IMG/VR virus record: IMGVR_UViG_2529293142_000015
Location: 1 to 4,921 of that record
Length of the DNA stretch: 4,921 nt
Direction: 5' to 3' (one strand)
Source of the DNA: a virus
Taxonomy: Duplodnaviria; Heunggongvirae; Uroviricota; Caudoviricetes
Shown here: one piece after another, positions 1 to 4,921 of the stretch
Position numbering within the stretch: position 1 is the stretch's first letter
How the letters are laid out: every line of letters begins with the position of its first letter
Notes under the pieces: model-generated
What the model saw: only the letters and a program-made list of their open reading frames with translations
Databases searched by the model: none
What the model was told of the DNA's origin: nothing
Program-made: the position numbers and the translations under genes

Positions 1-681
1 CATACTGTTAATCGCGTCATCCTGGACGCAACACATCAGAACCGCATTATTGCAGAGCTGGTTATTCCTCCAGAAACGGGCGGATTCTGGATCCGGGAAA
101 TTGGTGTATTTGATGAGCACGGCGATTTAATCGCGGTGGGCAATACTGCCGAAAGTTACAAGCCAGCCGTTGCCGAAGGGTCCGGACGTGCACAAACATT
201 TCGCACCATTCTGACCGTATCCAGCACTGCCACTGTGGCGCTTACCGTGGATAACACCATGGTGATGGCCACAGTGGATTACGTGGATAACAAACTGAAA
301 GAGCATGAACAGTCACGACGTCACCCGGATGCCTCGCTGACCGCAAAAGGCTTTGTTCAACTCAGTAGCGCCACTAACAGCGATTCTGAAACGCTGGCGG
401 CAACGCCAAAAGCAGTTAAGGCCGCGTATGACCTGGCTAACGGGAAATACACCGCACAGGATGCAACGACAGCACAGAAAGGGATAGTTCAGCTCAGCAG
501 CGCGACCAACAGCACATCTGAAATGCTGGCGGCAACGCCAAAGTCGGTAAAGGCAGCCTATGACCTTGCTAACGGGAAATATACCGCTCAGGACGCTACG
601 ACAGCACAAAAAGGATTGTCCAGCTCAGTAGTGCAACCAACAGCGCATCTGAAACGCTTGCCGCGACACCGAAAGCAGTGA
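1..681 (+). CDS. stf: Side tail fibre protein Stf, 5' portion (5'-partial; truncated by a 1-nt deletion at 613-615, then runs out of frame to TGA at 679-681)
   Basis: Frame 1 is open from nt 1 with no stop, so the true start lies upstream. The translation (..[32 protein letters not shown]..) resembles the conserved N-terminal region of lambda Stf / P2 gpH-type fibres, followed by two 44-aa tail-fibre repeats (..[39 protein letters not shown]). After 614 the frame-1 product becomes nonsense ([21 protein letters not shown]) while frame 3 continues the repeat. Confidence 0.85.
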   Translation, partial: HTVNRVILDATHQNRIIAELVIPPETGGFWIREIGVFDEHGDLIAVGNTAESYKPAVAEGSGRAQTFRTILTVSSTATVALTVDNTMVMATVDYVDNKLKEHEQSRRHPDASLTAKGFVQLSSATNSDSETLAATPKAVKAAYDLANGKYTAQDATTAQKGIVQLSSATNSTSEMLAATPKSVKAAYDLANGKYTAQDATTAQKGLSSSVVQPTAHLKRLPRHRKQ

Positions 682-700
682 AAGCAGCTAATGATAATGC
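349..700 (+). repeat. Tail-fibre repeat array: two complete 132-bp (44-codon) units at 349-480 and 481-612, plus a partial, frameshifted third unit from 613
   Basis: Direct comparison of the DNA and the translations: units start at exactly 349, 481 and 613 (period 132 nt). The copies share the protein motif but differ at many synonymous positions. Confidence 0.85.
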
Positions 701-1832
701 GAATGGTCGGGTACCTTCTGCCCGTAAGGTGAATGGTAAGGCGCTTTCAGCGGATATAACACTGACGCCGAAAGATATTGGTACGCTTAACTCAACAACA
801 ATGTCATTCAGCGGTGGTGCTGGTTGGTTCAAATTAGCAACGGTAACCATGCCACAGGCGAGTTCTGTTGTTTCAATTACGTTGATTGGTGGCGCGGGAT
901 TTAACGTGGGGTCACCTCAACAGGCAGGTATATCTGAACTTGTTTTGCGTGCAGGTAATGGTAATCCGAAGGGGATTACTGGTGCTTTATGGCAGCGCAC
1001 ATCGACAGGGTTTACAAATTTTGCCTGGGTCAATACATCTGGTGATACTTACGATATTTACGTTGCAATCGGAAATTATGCGACTGGTGTAAATATTCAA
1101 TGGGATTATACCAGTAATGCCAGCGTGACTATTCATACGTCACCAGCATATTCTGCTAATAAGCCGGAAGGGTTAACGGACGGTACAGTTTATTCACTCT
1201 ATACGCCATCAGAGCAGTTTTATCCGCCTGGCGCACCAATCCCGTGGCCATCAGATACCGTTCCGTCTGGTTATGCCCTGATGCAGGGGCAGACTTTTGA
1301 CAAATCTGCTTACCCGAAACTTGCAGTTGCTTATCCGTCAGGCGTGATCCCTGATATGCGTGGCTGGACGATTAAGGGCAAGCCCGCCAGTGGTCGTGCC
1401 GTATTGTCTCAGGAACAGGACGGCATTAAATCGCACACCCACAGCGCCAGCGCATCCAGTACGGATTTGGGGACGAAAACCACATCGTCGTTTGATTACG
1501 GTACTAAAACGACCAGTTCATTTGATTACGGCACAAAAACCACAAATAGCGCAGGAGCTCATTCACACAATATACCTGTTGGTCACACTGGCGCGGGGAA
1601 TGGTGTATCAGCCGGTTATAACGCTGCGTTAGGTACTGGTACCACGTCGAGCGCAGGAGGGCATGCTCACAATGTATATATTGGTGCCCATAACCACACT
1701 ATCGGCATTGGTGCTCATGCCCATTCTGTCATTATTGGTCCCCACGGACACACCATCACCGTTAATGCTACGGGGAACGCAGAAAACACCGTAAAAAACA
1801 TCGCATTTAACTATATTGTGAGGCTTGCATAA
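678..1832 (+). CDS. stf: Side tail fibre protein Stf, 3' portion (homology actually begins at 615; 678 is only the first GTG in that frame)
   Basis: Frame 3 from 615 reads [25 protein letters not shown].., a third copy of the tail-fibre repeat, and continues into a distal domain with a [10 protein letters not shown] tandem and many HxH motifs ([33 protein letters not shown]), ending ..[11 protein letters not shown]. This is the pattern of the lambda Stf / T4 gp37-type receptor-binding tip. The stop TAA at 1830-1832 overlaps the tfa ATG. Confidence 0.85.
   Translation: MKAANDNANGRVPSARKVNGKALSADITLTPKDIGTLNSTTMSFSGGAGWFKLATVTMPQASSVVSITLIGGAGFNVGSPQQAGISELVLRAGNGNPKGITGALWQRTSTGFTNFAWVNTSGDTYDIYVAIGNYATGVNIQWDYTSNASVTIHTSPAYSANKPEGLTDGTVYSLYTPSEQFYPPGAPIPWPSDTVPSGYALMQGQTFDKSAYPKLAVAYPSGVIPDMRGWTIKGKPASGRAVLSQEQDGIKSHTHSASASSTDLGTKTTSSFDYGTKTTSSFDYGTKTTNSAGAHSHNIPVGHTGAGNGVSAGYNAALGTGTTSSAGGHAHNVYIGAHNHTIGIGAHAHSVIIGPHGHTITVNATGNAENTVKNIAFNYIVRLA
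1470..1550 (+). repeat. 30-bp in-frame tandem repeat (about 2.7 copies) encoding [10 protein letters not shown] in the Stf distal domain
   Basis: Units at 1470-1499 (ggg acg aaa acc aca tcg tcg ttt gat tac), 1500-1529 (ggt act aaa acg acc agt tca ttt gat tac) and a partial copy from 1530 (ggc aca aaa acc aca aat agc). The protein is identical between full copies while the DNA differs at wobble positions. Confidence 0.8.
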
Positions 1833-2431
1833 TGACATTCAGAATGAGTGAACAATCACGGACCATAAAAATTTATAATCTGCTGGTCGGAACCAATGAA
1901 TTTATTGGTGAAGGTGATGCATACATTCCACCTCATACAGGTCTGCCTGCAAATAGTACTGATATTGCTCCGCCAGATATTCCAGCTGGCTTCGTGGCTG
2001 TTTTCAACAGTGATGGGGCGTCCTGGCATCTCGTTGAAGATCATCGTGGTAAAACGGTTTATGACGTGGCTTCCGGCGACGCGTTATTTATTTCTGAACT
2101 CGGTCCGTTACCGGAAAATGTCACCTGGTTGTCGCCGGAAGGGGAATATCAGAAGTGGAACGGCATAGCCTGGGTGAAGGATACGGAAGCAGAAAAAGTG
2201 TTCCGGATACGGGAGGCGGAAGAAACAAAAAACAGCCTCATGCAGGTAGCCAGTGAGCATATTTCGCCACTTCAAGATGCCGTAGATTTGAATATTGCAA
2301 CAGAGGAAGAAACATCGTTACTGGTGGCATGGAAGAAGTATCGAGTGCTGCTGAACCGTGTTGATACATCAAGAGCACCGGATATTGAGTGGCCAGCTTC
2401 CCCAGTGGAATCAAGGAGTAAACAAGCATAA
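1832..2431 (+). CDS. tfa: Tail fibre assembly protein (lambda Tfa / P2 gpG family chaperone)
   Basis: 199-aa ORF beginning [61 protein letters not shown].., which closely matches my recollection of lambda Tfa. It lies immediately 3' of stf with a TAATG stop/start overlap, and GAGG sits 8 nt upstream of the ATG. Confidence 0.9.
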   Translation: MTFRMSEQSRTIKIYNLLVGTNEFIGEGDAYIPPHTGLPANSTDIAPPDIPAGFVAVFNSDGASWHLVEDHRGKTVYDVASGDALFISELGPLPENVTWLSPEGEYQKWNGIAWVKDTEAEKVFRIREAEETKNSLMQVASEHISPLQDAVDLNIATEEETSLLVAWKKYRVLLNRVDTSRAPDIEWPASPVESRSKQA

Positions 2432-2525
2432 AGGCTTTCATTTCAAACCATTGTAGTCCAGTTTTTTGTATAGTACCCTGCTCATTACGGATGACATGTG
2501 TGATTTGGAATTTCAGGGTACCATT

Positions 2526-3179
2526 ATGAATGTTATTTCATCGTTAAAACAGCTTAACAGACAGCGAAATATTAAAACAAAAAAGATAAAGACGAAGGCC
2601 AGACTGGCATTTCTAAAAATGCGATACAGAAGGAAAACATCATTACAGCCGGATAGTTATAAAACAGTGTGCATTTTCATGCACATGCAAGCCATTGGTG
2701 ACGGCATCGTTACCTCAGGGTTTATTAAACAACTTCAAAAATCCGGTATGGTGGTATATGTGATAGCACCTTCAAGAGTATCATTCCTCTTTACTGACAT
2801 TGTTGGCGTGGATGCCTTTATATCTTACGAGAAAAATAAATTTAACGAACTAAAAGCAAAGATAAAAAAACTGAATGTAGATCTTGTTGTTGACTTCTCA
2901 AATTTTGATAACACAGCGATAACCAGATTGCAAACACTACATTTACTTAGACCTAAACACTCTATCTGTTTTAATCATCCTGCCGTAACTATTTTTGATA
3001 CAAATATAATCGATAATCGTTCCATTCACACATCTGAAAGAATGAAAAAAGTTTTATCTTTACTAAAGATAAAAAATAATAATTATGCTGCAGCGCTTAA
3101 TTTTGACAACAAAATATATGAACCAGCAAATATTGTTGCAAATGAATTCAGGAAAAAAACAAAAATTAGTTATATTTAA
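2526..3179 (+). CDS. Glycosyltransferase family 9 (heptosyltransferase-like), N-terminal fragment; ends out of frame at TAA 3177-3179 after the A7 tract
   Basis: The translation contains ..KTVCIFMHMQAIGDGIVTSGFIKQL.. (compare the GT9 N-terminal strand plus the S.LGD motif of WaaC/WaaF) and ..VDLVVDFSNFDNTAITRLQTLHLLRPKHSICFNH.. (compare the ..DLVIDLQG...S..L....ga..riG.. region). Start chosen at ATG 2526 because AGGG lies 7 nt upstream; the ORF-track start 2466 is TTG, and ATG 2496 and ATG 2619 are alternatives. The region is very AT-rich. Confidence 0.6.
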   Translation: MNVISSLKQLNRQRNIKTKKIKTKARLAFLKMRYRRKTSLQPDSYKTVCIFMHMQAIGDGIVTSGFIKQLQKSGMVVYVIAPSRVSFLFTDIVGVDAFISYEKNKFNELKAKIKKLNVDLVVDFSNFDNTAITRLQTLHLLRPKHSICFNHPAVTIFDTNIIDNRSIHTSERMKKVLSLLKIKNNNYAAALNFDNKIYEPANIVANEFRKKTKISYI

Positions 3180-3702
3180 CCCTTATGGCTCTCAGAATAG
3201 CAGAACCTTATCTGATGAACAGATAAAAAAAGTACTAGCTTACCTTAATAACCTTAAGGGATATCACACAATAGTTTTTAATATGGGAAAACAGATTAAT
3301 CACAATGGATTGGATAATGTGTCTCTATCTCCATTTTCTGATGCCGGATGTTCATTTGCATTGGTTCGCCATGCTGATTTTGTTATAACTGTAGATACTG
3401 CCATTGTACATTTAGCCAGTGCATTAAACATTAGACAATACTGTATATATAATAACAGAATGCATGAAGGAAAATTCGAAAATAATATTGTGTGGGGGCC
3501 AAACAGCAAATTAGCGACTCAACTCACCACATCCGAACATCTAAGGTCTGAAGGGGGCGACGATATGCATAAATTCGACATAATGATCTTAATTAATGCT
3601 ATCAAACAAGATTTGACAAACGATATACCGAATTACCACTCGGATTTAGGTTGTAAAAATAGTTCCAGAAACCCAGAATTAGAAAGTAGCAATTCTTTAT
3701 AA
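3085..3702 (+). CDS. Glycosyltransferase family 9 (heptosyltransferase-like), C-terminal fragment (homology clear from about 3160; 3085 is only the first ATG in this frame)
   Basis: The translation ..KKQKLVIFNPYGSQNSRTLSDEQIKKVLAYL..GYHTIVFNMG.. and ..FALVRHADFVITVDTAIVHLASALNIRQYCIYN.. parallels the WaaC/WaaF C-terminal domain (..AKFVVSVDTGLSHLTAALDRPNITVYG.. / ..CKAIVTNDSGLMHVAAALNRPLVALYG..). It is in the +1 frame relative to the N-terminal fragment. Removing one A from the A7 tract fuses the two into one GT9-sized protein of about 390 aa from ATG 2526 (about 360 aa from ATG 2619). Confidence 0.6.
   Translation: MLQRLILTTKYMNQQILLQMNSGKKQKLVIFNPYGSQNSRTLSDEQIKKVLAYLNNLKGYHTIVFNMGKQINHNGLDNVSLSPFSDAGCSFALVRHADFVITVDTAIVHLASALNIRQYCIYNNRMHEGKFENNIVWGPNSKLATQLTTSEHLRSEGGDDMHKFDIMILINAIKQDLTNDIPNYHSDLGCKNSSRNPELESSNSL
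3153..3159 (+). repeat. A7 homopolymer at the junction of the two glycosyltransferase reading frames (followed by C and an A5 run)
   Basis: Sequence ggAAAAAAAcAAAAAtta. The upstream frame reads R-K-K-T-K-I-S-Y-I-stop; the +1 frame reads G-K-K-Q-K-L-V-I-F-N-P-Y-G-S. A6 or A9 would give an in-frame fusion (..NEFRKKQKLVIFNPYGS..). Confidence 0.75.
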
Positions 3703-3755
3703 AGTAGAAACCTCAACAGTTTTATCAGGACCTACGATATATTATATAACAACAA

Positions 3756-3789
3756 GCCGCCCATTACCCAATATGAGGGTATTGGCGGC
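3756..3789. terminator. Imperfect GC-rich hairpin between convergent genes; candidate bidirectional or minus-strand terminator
   Basis: The left arm gccgccc-attaccc (3756-3769) pairs with gggtatt-ggcggc (3777-3789): 12 of 14 positions pair, including 6 consecutive GC pairs, around a 7-nt loop aatatga. It lies in the 96-bp gap between the GT9 stop (3702) and the gpU stop (3799-3801). A U-rich run follows only on the minus-strand transcript (rc of 3741-3755 is ttgttgttatataat). Confidence 0.3.
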
Positions 3790-3798
3790 AATGTAAAA

Positions 3799-4293
3799 TC
3801 AGAACAGTCCTTTAACTGAACTGGCCGCGCTGTTAAGAGATGATGTCACCTTATCTTTGAAGCCGGACAGCATATCGCTGAACGATGAGGATTGCAGGCG
3901 CTCCCGCAAATCCTCATCACAGCGTTCAAGGGTCAGTGAAAATTCTATCTTTTTCGCCTTACCGTAGCGATCAAACTCGGAACGGGTCGTATTCGTTCCG
4001 GTCAGGACATACATGCCGTAAATCTGCCCGACACCATCAATCAAAGGCCAGGGTCGTCCTGTATACGCCTGCGTGGTCAGCAGCGACAGCGACACTTCGC
4101 CACCTGTAATTTCAGGATAAAGCACACCAGAAAGCACGATGCGATCATCACCTGCACCGATATACTGCCAGCTTGCTGAACGGTTAACGCGTTCATTTTT
4201 CACATGCCGCCAGCTTTTGTTTTGCTGTAACTGCTGATGCGGCAGCGTGCGCAGCTCAAAAACAAACATGCCGTAGATCATCATCATGGCCAT
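3799..4293 (-). CDS. Phage tail protein, P2 gpU family
   Basis: The 164-aa ORF (MAMMMIYGMFVFELRTLPHQQLQQNKSWRH..LSGVLYPEITGG..LIDGVGQIYGMYVLTG..KIEFSLTLERCDED..) matches the pattern I recall for P2 gpU. GAGGAG sits 2 nt before the first ATG (4293) and 8 nt before the second (4287), so the true start is probably 4287. The upstream gene's stop overlaps the SD (TGAGGAG), indicating coupling. Confidence 0.75.
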   Translation of the reverse strand: MAMMMIYGMFVFELRTLPHQQLQQNKSWRHVKNERVNRSASWQYIGAGDDRIVLSGVLYPEITGGEVSLSLLTTQAYTGRPWPLIDGVGQIYGMYVLTGTNTTRSEFDRYGKAKKIEFSLTLERCDEDLRERLQSSSFSDMLSGFKDKVTSSLNSAASSVKGLF

Positions 4294-4299
4294 GACTCC

Positions 4300-4921
4300 T
4301 CAATCTTTATCGTAAAAACTTCCACGCCCGGCACGGGCGCGCCGTTCCATTTCTGCCCTGATCATTTCACCGACCAGTTTCGCCAGTTCGCGGGGATTCT
4401 GCGTAACAACGTTATGCAGATGAACATGAATTTCACCACCAAATCCGGAGGCAACAGGCTCCCGGTTACGGAAAGTTGCAGGAACTGATGCCACTGGCGA
4501 TCGTATGGCCTCCGCCACCGGGCGGGAGCTGGCCGCAACAACAGGGACCAGCGCCGGAGGCAGCGGAGCCGGAACTACGGGTGTGATATTAATTGCGGGG
4601 GCAGGCTTACTGACCTGCGCAATCTTCCGCTCCTGCCACTCCCCACGAACAGCAAGTGCGCGGGGCAGGTTCTTAAAGACAATATCGCCGGGGCCAATGC
4701 GTTTTTTCGTCTCATCAACCAGCTTACCTGTGTTATCAGCAATTTTGCTGAGTCTGCGTAGCGTCCCGGTATTGCTGTCTGTGAGCGGTTTGTTGTCTTT
4801 GGGCTTATCACCTCCGGTGCCATTGCCATTTTCCACAGGCTTCGGCGGATTGATTTTCGCCAGGTCCCCCTGAAGCAAGGCAACCTTGTCCTGAAGAATG
4901 GCCGCACGCTGTGCGTCTTCG
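4300..4921 (-). CDS. Tail tape-measure protein, C-terminal portion (P2 gpT-like; 5' end beyond the right window edge)
   Basis: The minus-strand frame is open from the window edge (EDAQRAAILQDKVALLQGDLAK..) to TGA at 4300-4302; the 4878 'start' in the ORF track is only a TTG. It sits immediately upstream of and coupled to the gpU-like gene, as for T-U in P2-type tail operons. It has a Pro/Ala-rich low-complexity stretch and a GC-rich composition. The assignment rests on synteny and general character, not a specific motif. Confidence 0.6.
   Translation of the reverse strand, partial: EDAQRAAILQDKVALLQGDLAKINPPKPVENGNGTGGDKPKDNKPLTDSNTGTLRRLSKIADNTGKLVDETKKRIGPGDIVFKNLPRALAVRGEWQERKIAQVSKPAPAINITPVVPAPLPPALVPVVAASSRPVAEAIRSPVASVPATFRNREPVASGFGGEIHVHLHNVVTQNPRELAKLVGEMIRAEMERRARAGRGSFYDKD

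Larger units (their letters stand above)
1..4921. mobile_element. Prophage-derived region: lambda-type tail-fibre module, AT-rich cargo gene, and convergent P2-type tail module
   Basis: Every credible ORF in the window is phage-tail related except the AT-rich glycosyltransferase cargo gene. No integrase or att site is visible, so the prophage boundaries lie outside the window. Confidence 0.7.

Noticed and set aside
607-617. Programmed -1 ribosomal frameshift at A-AAA-AGG joining the two stf frames
   Set aside because: The heptamer does not fit the X-XXY-YYZ slippery pattern for tandem slippage and no downstream stimulatory structure is evident; the simplest explanation is a 1-nt deletion relative to the neighbouring repeat units. 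Kept only as a remote alternative.
313-1838. Antisense and alternate-frame ORFs inside stf (313-609 minus, 596-850 minus, 886-1092 plus, 1360-1632 plus, 1629-1838 minus)
   Set aside because: They are fully embedded in the strongly supported stf frame, show no recognisable motifs and have odd composition (Cys/Arg-rich); typical shadow ORFs.
1-2431. Identity with bacteriophage lambda itself (PaPa stf split into orf-401/orf-314)
   Set aside because: The 3' fragment here is about 405 codons and is followed by a plus-strand AT-rich glycosyltransferase rather than the lambda b-region; the relationship is to a lambda-like fibre module, not lambda. It cannot be settled without a search.
1856-2441. 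ORFs overlapping tfa (1856-2044 minus, 1896-2168 plus, 2238-2441 minus)
   Set aside because: Shadow ORFs within the well-supported tfa frame.
2441-2475. Sigma-70 promoter for the glycosyltransferase gene (tatagt at 2469-2474 as a -10 box)
   Set aside because: No acceptable -35 element at 16-19 bp spacing (ttgtag is 12 bp away, tttcaa 22 bp) and TTG 2466 overlaps it; too weak to call, so transcription may simply read through from tfa.
2459-3724. Short direct repeat cagtttt at both edges of the AT-rich insert (2459-2465 and 3717-3723) as possible target-site duplication
   Set aside because: A 7-mer match in T-rich sequence is expected by chance and there are no flanking inverted repeats or a transposase.
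2432-3750. Low-GC gene downstream of a tail fibre as a type III secretion effector (exchangeable effector locus), for example an NleB-like glycosyltransferase
   Set aside because: The motifs match a GT-B GT9 heptosyltransferase-like fold, not the GT-A fold of NleB-type effectors, and no effector-like N-terminus is recognisable.
3300-4907. ORFs 3300-3509 minus, 3885-4109 plus, 4237-4488 plus, 4505-4873 plus, 4575-4907 minus
   Set aside because: They overlap the GT9, gpU-like or tape-measure frames on the opposite strand or in another frame, are low-complexity (Arg/Ser/Gly-rich, typical of out-of-frame GC-rich DNA) and lack start signals.
1-4921. Invertible tail-fibre segment (Mu G / e14 P-type) explaining the convergent orientation
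   Set aside because: No invertase (gin/pin/cin) gene, no inverted duplicate of the fibre 3' end with a second tfa, and no crossover-site repeats are visible in the window.
1-4921. CRISPR arrays, tRNA or rRNA genes
   Set aside because: No regularly spaced direct repeats of 25-40 bp with unique spacers and no tRNA-like or rRNA-like conserved segments seen; the only tandem repeats are in-frame coding repeats within stf.

Overview
Prophage-derived tail region made of three compositionally distinct modules. (i) Plus strand: a lambda-type side tail fibre gene (stf) that enters from the left edge, is interrupted by a 1-nt deletion at 613-615, contains 132-bp tail-fibre repeats and a His-rich distal domain, and is followed by an overlapping tail fibre assembly gene (tfa, 1832-2431). 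(ii) A strongly AT-rich ~1.3-kb insert (about 2432-3750; hand-counted 60-nt samples give about 23-35% G+C against about 57-73% in the flanks) carrying a glycosyltransferase family 9 (heptosyltransferase-like) gene that is out of frame at an A7 tract (3153-3159). (iii) Minus strand, convergent: a P2-gpU-like tail protein gene (3799-4293) and the 3' end of a tail tape-measure gene (4300-4921, continuing beyond the right edge). I see no rRNA, tRNA or CRISPR array. The most interesting element is the AT-rich glycosyltransferase cargo gene with a homopolymer ON/OFF configuration, a candidate phage-borne and possibly phase-variable surface-glycan modification function. All family assignments are motif recognition on the translated ORFs from memory; no database search was run.
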